DNA of 64,000 nucleotides. Source: Candidatus Latescibacterota bacterium. GTDB lineage: Bacteria; Latescibacterota; UBA2968. Below are positions 48,022 to 59,200 of the stretch, in pieces. The notes under the pieces were generated by a model, which had not been told where the DNA came from, did no database searches, and was given only the letters and a program-made list of their open reading frames with translations. The stretch covers positions 5,984,001-6,048,000 of the forward strand of contig OZ244960.1 in assembly GCA_965222605.1 (NCBI GenBank), given 5' to 3'. Position numbers and translations under genes: made by a program. Position 1 is the stretch's first letter; each line of letters begins with the position of its first letter.

Positions 48022-48700
48022 TTACAGGATGGGCTTGAGCATGTTGCTCAACAAGCGGTCGGCCACAGGGTCTGTACCCAGGTTTTCGACAATGCGATGT
48101 GTGCACAGGACATATTTGCCATTGCCGTGGTCGATTTGTGTGAGATCAGCGCCGTGAAAGGCTTCGGTGACGCCGATGTAGTTCTGTTTGTGTTTGAGGC
48201 CCGCATACCAGTCGTAGGTGATGTTGCCGCCGATCCAATCGGTTTTGGGTTCTACAATGGACCACTGGGAGGAGATGTTTTGATATTCTTGTCCCATCAG
48301 GCAATTTGAGGGCAAGCCATCGTAAAAGGGGTGGTCTTTGACGACATGACTGCAAGGCGTCCACAATCCTTTGCCAGTATAGAGAGATAGTGAGAATGGG
48401 AAAAGGATATCTTTGTCGATGTAGCGAGACATACGGCTTTTTCCCGGCACCATTTTGAGAAGGTGCATGGCCGGCAGGTTGAGGAAGAGTGCTGTGCCGC
48501 CGTTTTCAACCCATGTGGCGAGATCGGTGAAGCGGGTATCGGTTTTGCCCAGCGCGAGCAGATTGTCATAATTTCTCTGTGCCATAGGCATGCCGGGATA
48601 GTTGTGTACATCGTTAATGACAATTGGCTCGTAGGAACCCGGCAGGTAAATGCTGCATCCATCGGCAAACCCGCTGGCTTCGTCGATGATCATGCGTGTG
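48022..48700 (-). pseudogene. 5'-truncated remnant of a glycoside hydrolase-like (GH2-like) gene
   Basis: TRMIIDEASG...DVHNY segment fused to a C-terminal WVENGGTAL..DPVADRLLSN segment; no credible start. Confidence 0.45.
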
Positions 48701-49002
48701 TGACTATTGATTCCAACCTTCATGCATCGTTGAATGTGACTGAGCTTGCCAAGGTATTGCAGGTAGGGCGCACAAAACTTTTTCTCGCATTCCGCGAGAA
48801 GTTGGGGATTACACCAGTTATGTATTTGCGTCGGGCACGCATTGCGCGGGTCAAGCAGTTGCTTGAGCACTCTGATCGCACGTTAGAAGATATTGCGCAC
48901 GCTACGGGTTTTGCGAATGTGAAGTATTTGATGAAGACATTTCGAGAATTGGAAGGAATGACTGCTGGAGAGTGGCGAAAAAAACATGTGGGGCTTCGGT
49001 GA
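48700..49002 (+). pseudogene. AraC-family HTH remnant lacking its N-terminal sensor domain
   Basis: LNVTELAKVL..F...GITPVMYLRRARIARVKQLL..LEDIAHATGF...FRELEGMTAGEWR. Confidence 0.7.
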
Positions 49003-49105
49003 CTTGACGTGAGAGGTTGGAGAAAATTGAGGTTGAAGAGATAAGGCTGCGAATTATTTCGCAGCCTTTTACTGATATGGACTCGCCATGCTCGCGTTCG
49101 GGAAA

Positions 49106-51124
49106 TCACGGACTGATCTGGGCGAGTACTTGCGCCGCTTCCACCGGATTTTCCAGTTTGGACGCCACTTCCTCGCGCAGCAAGCGGCGCGCCTCGGCTA
49201 CGGGGATATTTTTTTTAGAGGCCGTGCGTCCGGCGGCTCTTTTCGCGTATTCAACGAAGGCCTCCAGGGCGTCCTGATACGGTTCCTCGCGTCGAGAGAG
49301 GGGGCGGGGAAATTGCTCCAGAAACCGCTCTTCTGGCTTGTTGAGCACCCAGTGGTAATACAGGTCCAGGTCGAATGCCGGTCCTGAGGCCTGCGCCAGG
49401 GCGGCAGCCACCTCGTGGAGCGGTGCTTCCGAGGCCATGAGCGTCTTAGCCTGCTCGGCTGCGTGCCACTGCGCGCCCAAGATGAAGGTGACTTCGATGG
49501 CATCGGCAAAAAATCCGATGCGTTCCCGAACAAGTGCATCGTCACCGGCGAGTTTCAGGGCTTCGGCGAGATAGCTTCTCAGTTCGGCAATTTTCCCTGG
49601 GGTGTAGGGCGAGATGGTATTCAAGCCCGCCCCATCGACGAAGGTAAGATTTTGGCAGAGCTCGAAGTATTTCTTCATCTGCGAAGCGGCTTTGTGAAAG
49701 AAGTTCGCATAAAATGCTTCCAGTTCCTTTTCCCAGTCGTAGTCCACATTCCATAGAAGCTTGAAGTAGAAGTAGTACTTGTGGCCGTCCAGGCCCCAAT
49801 TGGGGTAGCATTCCACATAGACGCCGTTGCAACGCCGGGCGTTGGCATACCGCAGGTAGTGCGCCACGGCGGGAAAGCTCATGTTCGGGGCGGCCTTCCG
49901 ATTCCGGCCGAAGTACCAGTCATAGAGGGCATAGGAGGCGAAATTTTCGCCGAACCGGTTGATGGCATTTTGCCACTTTTGCAGATTGGGCCAGGGCATG
50001 AGCGGTGCCTTCCAGCGCTCGACATCTACGAGTCCGTCTCTGCCCTGTTCACCCAGATCCATGGATTTGTTGACGAGGAAGGGATAGAGACTTGGCTCGA
50101 TCTCCATGTTTTCAGGTACGCCCAAGGTGCCAGCATACCCCAGGTATCCCAGGTACCGATCGGGGAATTCGTCGCGCACCTGGCGGGCCACCTGGTTTGC
50201 AAAGGTGAGGAAATAACGCGCGTACTGATCGCCGTGCCCGATGGCCTCGGGACTTTTCGCTTCGGCATAGAGGGCTTTGCAGTCTTCGCACTGGCACCAG
50301 TTTCTGTTGTCGTTCATGCCGATGCCCACGGCGGCGGTGCCCTCTTGAAACTGCTTATGGGCCCACCCGGCCGCGATGTCTGCGGCTTTGGGGTGGAGCA
50401 GGCAGACCTGCCACTGCCTGGCTTTGGGATCCGTCTCAGGATCGGGTTTTACCCGCGTGCCGTCCCTTTTCATGCTGTACAGATCGGGATATTCCTCTGC
50501 GTATTCTTTGGGATCGAAGATCTGGTGGAAGGTGTGCTGCTGCATCTTGCGAAAGGACGGGTCGGTGGACTGCCGCAGGCGGGGATGCACCAGGGCGCTG
50601 CCCACGCGCCATCGGAAGCTGGGGCGTTGAACTTCGTTGAAGGTCGGCACGTCGATGGATGACAGCTTCGGCACATGGGTGCCGAACGCCTGCGGCATGT
50701 ACCAGCGCACTCCGGCGCATCGCTCCAGAAATTCTTGGCAGCCCCACCGGGTCGAAACATCGCTCTTTCCCAGGATGGCAAGCGTATTGCCCCGAACTTT
50801 CAGGGCGAAGGCGTCCGGTAGCGTTTCCTCGTCGAGCATGTCGCCGATGATCTTCTTTGCCTCGGGCGTGGCACCCACGTGAATTCGAGGAGCGTCTTCG
50901 GGTACCGGTTGGGAGGGTTTTCCCACGATGAGTCGGACCTGGAGGCTGGCCGCTTTCCACAGGTAGGTTACGATGTCCTGGGCACCTGCGCGTTCGCCTT
51001 CGGACGGTTTATCAGGCACAAAGACGTAAGCCGGGTTGTGAAATGCCGTGCTCGGGGATTCTGCGGCGATGACCGATGCCAGAATCAGGAGGATAGCAAT
51101 GCAGAAGATCCAATTCATTTTCAA
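49106..51124 (-). CDS. Secreted DUF4838-like protein (GH20/GH67-type N-terminal domain)
   Basis: Signal peptide; FLERCAGVRWYMP, QRPSFRWR, QVCLLHP, MND..WCQCEDC, KLLWN. Confidence 0.72.
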   Translation of the reverse strand: MKMNWIFCIAILLILASVIAAESPSTAFHNPAYVFVPDKPSEGERAGAQDIVTYLWKAASLQVRLIVGKPSQPVPEDAPRIHVGATPEAKKIIGDMLDEETLPDAFALKVRGNTLAILGKSDVSTRWGCQEFLERCAGVRWYMPQAFGTHVPKLSSIDVPTFNEVQRPSFRWRVGSALVHPRLRQSTDPSFRKMQQHTFHQIFDPKEYAEEYPDLYSMKRDGTRVKPDPETDPKARQWQVCLLHPKAADIAAGWAHKQFQEGTAAVGIGMNDNRNWCQCEDCKALYAEAKSPEAIGHGDQYARYFLTFANQVARQVRDEFPDRYLGYLGYAGTLGVPENMEIEPSLYPFLVNKSMDLGEQGRDGLVDVERWKAPLMPWPNLQKWQNAINRFGENFASYALYDWYFGRNRKAAPNMSFPAVAHYLRYANARRCNGVYVECYPNWGLDGHKYYFYFKLLWNVDYDWEKELEAFYANFFHKAASQMKKYFELCQNLTFVDGAGLNTISPYTPGKIAELRSYLAEALKLAGDDALVRERIGFFADAIEVTFILGAQWHAAEQAKTLMASEAPLHEVAAALAQASGPAFDLDLYYHWVLNKPEERFLEQFPRPLSRREEPYQDALEAFVEYAKRAAGRTASKKNIPVAEARRLLREEVASKLENPVEAAQVLAQISP

Positions 51125-51164
51125 GCTCCTTTCTTAACTTGAGCAAAGGACATATCGGTATGGG

Positions 51165-51407
51165 TTACGCCGTATAGATGGCGTAAAGTCTGGGAGAGTC
51201 GTGATAGGTTGTGCTGCAATCCGGGCTGTGCAACTTAGCGCGGACCTGGATGGTGCGTCCGCCCAGCGTCAATGTTTTGTCTTCCAGGCGCATTAGCGGG
51301 TTGCCGGCATATTTGAAAGCTTCTTCGCGCACCAGCGAAGTGCGCGTTTCGGAAGCGACGAGATTGGTGTCAACCATTAAAAGGGCGTGAGGGTCCCAGA
51401 TCATCAA
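51165..51407 (-). pseudogene. Short remnant, probably an internally deleted beta-propeller hydrolase gene
   Basis: N-terminal LLMVD...KYAGNPLM joined directly to C-terminal GRTIQVRAKL...RLYAI. Confidence 0.35.
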
Positions 51408-51418
51408 AAATCCTTTCT

Positions 51419-52765
51419 TCAGGTTTCAAAGGTCCAGGTCTCGGGCATTGCCTCTGAGTACCGGAGTTCAGCGTAGTGAATCCCACCTGCGGCCATGGCC
51501 GCTTCGGTCAGCGGTGCTTCGCCGGGCTGTGGGTCGGCGGTCATTTGCCGGTCAATGGTGCGGAAGATGAGCAACTGCCGGTCGCCCTGATGGGGACAGA
51601 GTTTGGCCATGTCTGCGAAGGGGTTGGGGAACGGAATGCCTTCGGCGCGCAGATCCACAACTACCCGGGGCTCGGAATAGGCGAAAGTTTCGGGATCCAC
51701 TTCAAAGACATAGAGAGGATTGCGCTTGTCATTATAAGGCGAGCGTTTCCTGTCGTTGATGAACAGCCGCAGGACCCCATCCGCACAACGGAAGCTGTGG
51801 CGCGGGCACACGCTGCCGGTGCGCACGACCGGTTCTCCGAGACCCGAGAACGGATCGTCAGTGCGATACCAGACGGTGCCGGCCTCAATGTTGAAGCTTC
51901 GGGCGGCTACGACCCAATAGCTATTGAAGCGGCTGATGCTGGTTTCTCCGACCACTCGGCCCGGAATAAGGATCAGGGGGCCGGTGCGTGTCCATTCGAA
52001 GAGCCTGGTCTGCGCGTTCCATGTGTACGCCACCGGTGCCACTCGACCCTGTGTTCTCTTTTGACCGGGTAGCGATCCAAAGGTCTCGCAGGCCACCCAC
52101 GCCGTGCAGGTATCGTTCGTCGGTACCGGAGGCGTCATTGCGTGGTTCATAAACTGTGCCTCATCCAGGCTGCAGAAAGCTTCACCACTCTTGTAGCCCT
52201 TTTGCCGGAGTTGCTGCGGGGGTAGCAAAACTTCGATGTCGTCTTCCGCATCGTTCAGCCGGAACTGCATCCACTCCACCCGCAACAGTAGCCGGTTGAT
52301 CTCGGGCCCTTCCGGCCACAGGTCCTGATGCGTGTTGGACTGCAACAGCCTGCCGTCTTGCTCCAGCAGCGCCCGGCGATACCATTTTACCGCAAAGACG
52401 TTCTGGTTGGGCATCGGTTTCCCATTCCGCGTCGCCCCTTTGGGCACGCCGAAGGCCATCGGCATTCCATGCGCCTTCCTCAGCGAGAACCCCAGATCCA
52501 GAGGGTCCCACCGGCTCAGGTACTGTGCAACCATGCCTTCTTTTAGCACAGGCCCATCCGGCGATTCCTCTCTCAACTGGTACACAATGCTCCGCACGGC
52601 GTCCCAACCGTTCGGATCCAGCGTAGAGAAAAACAGAAGCCAGCGATTCCGGCTTACGCGCAGGGCACCGGTGCCGTGGGCCGGAATGACACCATCTGAT
52701 TTACGCTCTCCAGGGATCGAGAGATCAGTTGCAAGTGGGCCTTTGTAGCAAATGCTTTTGAGCAT
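51419..52765 (-). CDS. Hypothetical protein (possible beta-propeller hydrolase)
   Basis: 448 aa ORF with AAAGGA RBS, co-oriented with neighbours. Confidence 0.55.
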   Translation of the reverse strand: MLKSICYKGPLATDLSIPGERKSDGVIPAHGTGALRVSRNRWLLFFSTLDPNGWDAVRSIVYQLREESPDGPVLKEGMVAQYLSRWDPLDLGFSLRKAHGMPMAFGVPKGATRNGKPMPNQNVFAVKWYRRALLEQDGRLLQSNTHQDLWPEGPEINRLLLRVEWMQFRLNDAEDDIEVLLPPQQLRQKGYKSGEAFCSLDEAQFMNHAMTPPVPTNDTCTAWVACETFGSLPGQKRTQGRVAPVAYTWNAQTRLFEWTRTGPLILIPGRVVGETSISRFNSYWVVAARSFNIEAGTVWYRTDDPFSGLGEPVVRTGSVCPRHSFRCADGVLRLFINDRKRSPYNDKRNPLYVFEVDPETFAYSEPRVVVDLRAEGIPFPNPFADMAKLCPHQGDRQLLIFRTIDRQMTADPQPGEAPLTEAAMAAGGIHYAELRYSEAMPETWTFET

Positions 52766-52893
52766 GGAAGGTTCCTTTCGAAAGACCTATAAAAAGAGCC
52801 ATCCTTGAGAGTACGGCCCCCAAAGATGGCTCTGGATTGCCAGCGGTCAACCGGAAGCTCAAATCCGGACTGCATCCGGGAACCCACAGGCCC

Positions 52894-53904
52894 TTAAAAC
52901 TCGCCGCTAAGGGTGAGCCTGAGGGGGGGAGTGAGCAAATAGCCGAAGTCGGTATAGGAGAGGTCAAGCATCAGTTTCCGTCCTTGTGTAACCTCGTATT
53001 TCACCCCTGCGCCCAGGCTAAAGGTCTCTGCGTCATAGTTGAACTTATACCCGCCCCGCAAGGCCAGAACGTTGCCCAGCCACAATTCTCCGCCTATATG
53101 ATATCGCTGGTCGTAATCGATGGCGTAGATGCTTTCGAAGGCCACGGTCAGATAGACAGGATCACCGTTCTTGCCGTAAAGCTCGTCTGAGATAGCCATG
53201 TGGTAATTGAGCGGCATCCAGAAAGATACCTGTTCGTACTGGCCGTCTCTGCCCAGATTGCGCAAAGACATGGCCACGCGGAGATTGCGGAATCCGGTGT
53301 GAAAAATCGTGCCGACGCCGAAGACGCCGGTGTTGAAAGACCGGTCCAGGATGGCCTCGTGTACCCAGGAAAAACTCAGGCCAAAGCTGAGCTTGTCGGT
53401 GAACCTCAGAGCGTAGATCGCACTCAGGGCCATATCTTTTGCGTTGATGATGCGTCCGGTACCGCCGGGCTCCCAGATTGTGGTCTCCTCCACGTCCTCC
53501 GGTTTCAGATAGACCAGACTGATGCCGAGCACCCCTGTTCTGGAGGATCCCGTATTGTAGGCCAGTGCGCCGGAAAACAATTGCGTTCTGGCTACCCAGC
53601 GCGTGTAGGAGGTGGTCCAGGCCAATTTTGGGATGTCCGCCAGACCAGCCGGGTTCCAGAACGCGGCACTGATGTCGTCGGCCACTGAAGTATAAGCATC
53701 GGCCATGCCGGCTCCGCGGGCACTCTGGCTGAGCTTGAGAAAGTTCAGCCCGGTCGTGGCCAGGCGTTCCTGCTGTTTGGACCCCAGTTCATCTATACTT
53801 TCATGCGTTGAATCGATCTGGAACTGCTGAGCCTGCGCTACATTCGCCATCAGGAGAAGGCCCATCGGCAGCAATGCCGCAAGCGTGAAAGTCTTGAGTT
53901 TCAT
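52894..53904 (-). CDS. PorV/PorQ-like (UPF0164) outer-membrane beta-barrel
   Basis: Signal peptide; FLKLSQSARGAGMADAY..DDISAAFWNPAGL; terminal Phe. Confidence 0.85.
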   Translation of the reverse strand: MKLKTFTLAALLPMGLLLMANVAQAQQFQIDSTHESIDELGSKQQERLATTGLNFLKLSQSARGAGMADAYTSVADDISAAFWNPAGLADIPKLAWTTSYTRWVARTQLFSGALAYNTGSSRTGVLGISLVYLKPEDVEETTIWEPGGTGRIINAKDMALSAIYALRFTDKLSFGLSFSWVHEAILDRSFNTGVFGVGTIFHTGFRNLRVAMSLRNLGRDGQYEQVSFWMPLNYHMAISDELYGKNGDPVYLTVAFESIYAIDYDQRYHIGGELWLGNVLALRGGYKFNYDAETFSLGAGVKYEVTQGRKLMLDLSYTDFGYLLTPPLRLTLSGEF

Positions 53905-53919
53905 CTGAACGTCTCCTTT

Positions 53920-56169
53920 TTAGCGAATAATGTAGAAGGTTCCCGTCTGAATTGTCCCTTCGCTTCCGGGCACAAGTGACTCGACCGCGTAATAATAAAT
54001 GCCACTGGCGGCCTGGGTGATGTAGTTTATGGTTTTCGTCTGCCACTCAGCCTCTGCGAGGAGCGAATCGTCGTGTTCGATAATATCGACCAGGTCGCCC
54101 GAGAGTGTATAGATATAGATGTTGCACTTTCGCGGGATGTTCGTAAAGCGGAGCCTGTCGATCTGGCCCGGGTACCGGTGCGGACTGTCCGCCTCCAGGA
54201 TGAACGGATTGGGAACCACCTTGACCTTCTCCTGAAGCGCGTCCAGAGCCTGCGTGCCGGGCACTTTGGGAGATTTGTCGCCCCATTCCTTTTGGAATGG
54301 CGCCCACCGCCCTCCTTTTAGCCCGGATTTCACGCTCTCCTGGATGTGCGCGGGCAGGTCGGCCACGGTTGATTTCCCGTTCGTCCAGTCGGGATGGCCC
54401 TCGGCCACGGCCTGGACCGTGTAACGGTAGGCAAAGCCCGCCACGGACTCATTATCTACATAGACGTATTCCCCGCCCGAAGCGGAGCCAGCCGATACGG
54501 TGGCGATCTGTTCCCAGGGGCCGAAAGGGAGCCACTCGCTGCGAAAGATCTCGTAACCCGTGATGTCGGGCATGCTCGTATCGGGATTTACGGCATTGTC
54601 GATCTGGGCAGACCAGGTAATTTGCAGATGCGCATCGGGGGTGATAGAGGTTTCGAACCCAGTATCGGGCGGTGCGTCGGGCACATCCCAGCCGTTTTTA
54701 TAAGCAAACCTGGCCGCCAGCAGGTTCTGCACGATGGCGTCCACGCCCAGTGACAACTCGTCCTGGTTGCCCTTCAGTGCCCATGTCGCCATGTCTTCGC
54801 CTTTGATCTGGGAACCCGCTCCGGCCACATAAGCGAATACGATCATACCCGATTCTCCCGGTGCCAGCGCATAGGGGCCAAAGGTGAGCGCAGTCCAGTG
54901 CTGTCCGATCTCGGCCGGATTTTCCTGGATGCCGCCCACCAATATATCCTGCATCTGTTGCGGATTGTGAAGGCTCGGGTTCGGATCGGTATGGTTGGGA
55001 GCATTTAGCTCCAACCATCGAACCGAAGATGGTTGGTCGCCATCCGGTTCGACATAATTTTTGCCAGCATCTTCGCCTGCAAAAGCGAAATCCCCGGGCT
55101 GGTTGGTATAAGCAATGGGGGCCACGCCGATGACCTGGTAGGCCATGAGTTGCCCATCCACCAGCACCCGTCGCCGGACGATATTTCTGCTGGCGATCAC
55201 ATCGAACCACATAGGCCCGCCCCGATCGTCGTAGGGAGTGGTGGGGTTGTCGTCGTCATAGGCGTAGAGTAGCTTCAAGCCGGGAGGAACGGTTTTTCCT
55301 TCCCGTCCGTAGCGATCGGTGGGGTAATTGGGTGCGTCCGAGTAGGCCAGCCAGTTATCCGCATACCTGGGGCCAGCCCTCCAGTGCGTGCCCCACCCGG
55401 GATAGAATTCCTCGTATTCGTTGGGGTTGAACCACTGGGCCGTAGAGACGTAAAGCGGATCGATTGCTTCTTCAGGGAGGTCGCGCACCCCGTTTCCATT
55501 TGTGTCTCCGGTATTGGTGAATTCGAGCTTGATGACGATAAAATCGTCGAAATCCGGAAAGCTGTATCCGTAGGCCTTTCGGACGAAAGTGATCCCTTGA
55601 GAAGTGGTCCACTTGTTGACGATAATCTGTTCGGGGAAATTATCGTCGGCTGTGTAGTCCCAGAACCGGTGATTAGCGATGTTGATGCCCACGGGAGAAT
55701 TCGGGTCGAAGGGCACTCGCCCCGGGTACCAGTTTCCCACCACGTGATTTGTGCCGTCGCGTGGGAAGTGCTCAGTGCCCAGGTGAGCCTCGGAACCTTC
55801 GCCGGGGTTGTACTGCATGCCGTGGACCTGTCCGAAGTCGGGCGGCAGATCTCTCGGGCCAGTCCAGACGGTCTGGAGTTCTCCATCCTGCCGGGTCAAA
55901 ATGTAAATCCCATGGCCCTGAGAATTGTCTGTGAAATAACCCGATCCTGATGTGATCCTGCCCGAATCGCCGGGATGGCCGGCAGCCAGGTACCGGGGAT
56001 AGGCCAGCTTGCCTCGAATGGCCCAGTACGCATCAAAATCGTGGCCGTCGTTGCCGAAATTGGTCTGAAGCAACGAACGGCTCATAATTTGAGCACCTGC
56101 GTCGGCTCCGAGAACAAGGATGACAACCGCAGCCTGAATGGCGGTAATTCGAATATTTCGTAGGGTCAT
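53920..56169 (-). CDS. Secreted protein with Fn3-like domain and T9SS-CTD-like C-terminus
   Basis: Signal peptide from ATG 56169 (RBS AGGAG); GYEIFRS; KVVPNPF...LRFTNIP..CNIYIYTLSGDLV...ASGIYYY. Confidence 0.75.
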   Translation of the reverse strand: MTLRNIRITAIQAAVVILVLGADAGAQIMSRSLLQTNFGNDGHDFDAYWAIRGKLAYPRYLAAGHPGDSGRITSGSGYFTDNSQGHGIYILTRQDGELQTVWTGPRDLPPDFGQVHGMQYNPGEGSEAHLGTEHFPRDGTNHVVGNWYPGRVPFDPNSPVGINIANHRFWDYTADDNFPEQIIVNKWTTSQGITFVRKAYGYSFPDFDDFIVIKLEFTNTGDTNGNGVRDLPEEAIDPLYVSTAQWFNPNEYEEFYPGWGTHWRAGPRYADNWLAYSDAPNYPTDRYGREGKTVPPGLKLLYAYDDDNPTTPYDDRGGPMWFDVIASRNIVRRRVLVDGQLMAYQVIGVAPIAYTNQPGDFAFAGEDAGKNYVEPDGDQPSSVRWLELNAPNHTDPNPSLHNPQQMQDILVGGIQENPAEIGQHWTALTFGPYALAPGESGMIVFAYVAGAGSQIKGEDMATWALKGNQDELSLGVDAIVQNLLAARFAYKNGWDVPDAPPDTGFETSITPDAHLQITWSAQIDNAVNPDTSMPDITGYEIFRSEWLPFGPWEQIATVSAGSASGGEYVYVDNESVAGFAYRYTVQAVAEGHPDWTNGKSTVADLPAHIQESVKSGLKGGRWAPFQKEWGDKSPKVPGTQALDALQEKVKVVPNPFILEADSPHRYPGQIDRLRFTNIPRKCNIYIYTLSGDLVDIIEHDDSLLAEAEWQTKTINYITQAASGIYYYAVESLVPGSEGTIQTGTFYIIR

Positions 56170-56224
56170 ACCTGTATCTCTCCTCTGTTTATGCCGGGTT
56201 GCGAACCCGCGCCCCGGGTCATGT

Positions 56225-59200
56225 TCAAAACATAATGCGGAGACCCAGTTCGGTCTGGCGGGATCGGGCCGTGTAGCGCCGGCGATCATTGATATCTCCG
56301 TGCGCGTTGAACACGGAATTGTCGGGACGCGGCATTGCCAGGCCCCACTCTACCCAGTCCACGGTATTGTCGATACGCCCCAGATTCTTTTCGTTGAACA
56401 GGTTGAAAACGCTCAAGAAGACCTGGGCCTGCACGCGGTCGGTGAGATGTATCGATTTCATCGCCTGCAGGTCGAACCGGCTTTCGATCGGTCGCGTTCG
56501 GAATTCGGGTTGACCTCCTGTGGGCGGCTGGTATTTGAAAGTCTGGCCGTTCTGTATCCGATAGAGCACATTGATGTTGAAGTTGCGCAGCAAGACATTT
56601 ACCCAGGGCGCGCCCATGTCCAGGTCCCACGGGGTTGTGAAGACCATCTGGATCTTGCCCGAGTTGCGCACATCACCGGGCTTGAGGCCCCATTCGTGAA
56701 TGCCGCGCAACTGGCTGGCACCGAAGAGATAGACCCCTGGCTCTTCTTCGTACGGAATTGCCAGATCGTATTCGCCCTGCCGGAAGCCGCTACCGTTGGT
56801 ATCGCCGCGCTCGACCCGCCCGTTAAAACTGCGGAACTGGTTGTTGGCTCGTGCGCCGTATCTTTCTATGTCTTGCTGTGTCATCTGCTTTGGAATGCGG
56901 GCTCCCGTGACCGGGTCAACCGTGAGTAACGTCCAGTTGCCGTTGGCCACATAGAGCGAATCAACTGCAATGCGTTTGATGGCGTTGCCCTTTCCCACAA
57001 AGTGGGTGTTGGAAGTCCATTGCATGTTGTAGGCAACCTGGAAGGAAAAGCCGTAGCTGAAACGCTTGCGAACTGCCAGTTCAAACCCCCGCGCTTCTTC
57101 CACGCGGTTGTTTTCGCGCGGGGTTTGGGCCTGTACACCGCCCTTGGGATCGCGGAAGGAAGAATGGGGCGCCCCGAGCTGGTCCCACTCGGACCGGTAG
57201 TAAGTCGTCAGCGAGGCGGTATAATCCGACACGAAGTTCCAGTCTCCGCCTACCTCGAACTGGAGAGATTTCTCCGGCTTGATATGGGCGTTGCCCGTAA
57301 ATGTGCCACCGTAAGCGGCGATCATATTGTTCCATTCTTCCTGAGGGCCGATCTGGCTGTCTTTGTTCAGATCCAGCGAGGCCTGTTTCTTGTTTGAGAA
57401 ATAGGCATTGCCGTAATAGGCGAAAAGCTCGGGATATTGAATAAAAAGTCCCGATGAGAAATGCATGGCTGCCCGGTCGGAAATGGGGTGAGAAATGCCC
57501 AGTCTGGGACTGATGTTAAAGGTGGAGGCCACATCCACGGTGGGCGTCAGATCCCGGGTGGTGAAGTACTGGGTGTCGCTCCGGGAAAAGAACGTGGTGT
57601 TGACCGGCCATTTATCTCTGAGGTTGAAGTAATCAAACCGCAGGCCGGCGTTGATGACCATGCCCTCGAACTCCATCTTGTCCTGGACGTAAAACGCGCC
57701 CTGGACCGGGTTGACCGGTTCGGCTATCTGTCGGTCCCCGCCGTAGAAGAATACATAGGTGTTGTTGACATTCCGGTAGGTGTCGCGCCGCCAGGTCCAC
57801 CAGGCGTTGTACAAGACCCATTCGGTGCCGGCTTTGAAGAAGTGCCCCTTGGTCACCTGGCTGGACAGGTCGGCTTTGAGCGTGTAGCGCTGCCGGTCAA
57901 AGAGTTGATAGTGAGGCCGCTCGGTGCCCAGGTAGAACTTGCGGTTCGCGTCTCTGCGCACTGCACCGACCTGAGTGGGTACGCTGGACGTATCCTGGAG
58001 GCTGCGGCCGCGCGAAAGGCGCACTTCGTAAAAGGTCCGGGGAGACACTATGTGGGTGAGCACCAGGTACTCTAGGTCTTCCCGGAATCTGAATTGACCC
58101 GAAGCGGACCAGTCCGCGGGTAGGAACAGGTTTTGATAGTTCTGACCGATGCCCCGGACAGAAGCCTGCCCTTCGTTGGGCTCCCAGGCACTGTAGGTCT
58201 GCAGTACCAGGCCGGCCTTCAGCTTCACATGGGGCGTCATTCGCCAGGTAACAGAACTCGATCCCTGGATGTTGTCGGGGGCGTGAATGAACCGGTTGCC
58301 CGCTCTGAACCCCACGTTTTCGGGGCCGGGAAACACACTGGCTTCGCGGTCGTGCTTGCCAGACAACGTGAACGATATGTGTCTGGTGAGCGGCCCTGAG
58401 ACCGTGGCTTCAAACCCGTGTCCCATCACGCCCGTATAGTCCGTTCGCTCGTGTATCCGTCGCTCTGCTTCCGGATCTGTCTCCTGCTCCCAGGCCGAAT
58501 CTCCCCACTTGACCGCGCCCCGGTGGATCGGCGCGTCATAGACGTTTGCGCCCCAGTGTTTTTTACCGGGCGGTGTGTTTCGGTATTCCAGCCATCCGTG
58601 GTGGGCCTGTCCGCCCTCTTTGGTCACCACGTTGATCACACCGGCCTGCGAGTTGCCATATTCGGCTGGCGTCACCCCCGTGATAACCGATATTTCCTGG
58701 ATGGCACTCTTGTTGATGCCGGTAAACATCCGGGCACCCTGACCGTCTTGGTGCAAAATGCGTACCCCATCTACCACAAAGGCCACGTCGGTGGGCCGGT
58801 AGTTGGATCCCTGATTGCCCAGAGCTGCGTCCCCGCCCCGTACCCGGTAGGCCCCGTCTTGAGACACCCCTGGCTGGAGGGCAACCAACTCGTCGGTCGT
58901 GCGCACGATGGGCAACCGCTCGATCTCGACCGATGAGACCGTGTATTTCGAGGTGGTCTTATCCGGCTCCACGGGTGGACGTTCTGCGATGACCAGCATC
59001 TCTTCTGCCTGAATCTCGGTTTCTGTAAGCTGGAAGTTCACCTGCGTTGTATAATCGGACCGCACTTGCACGTCCGACTGGGTCATCTTTGCATACCCGA
59101 CCATAGACGCTGCCAGCGAATAAGTGCCTGGTTCCAGGGATAAAATCACGTAGAACCCGTCCGGGTCTGTGGTCGCGCCCCGCTGTGTGCCTTCAAGGAC

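Noticed and set aside
48022-48870. Intact 282-aa minus-strand gene overlapping a 179-aa plus-strand gene
   Set aside because: Each ORF's 5' part is the antisense of the other remnant; better explained as a deletion junction
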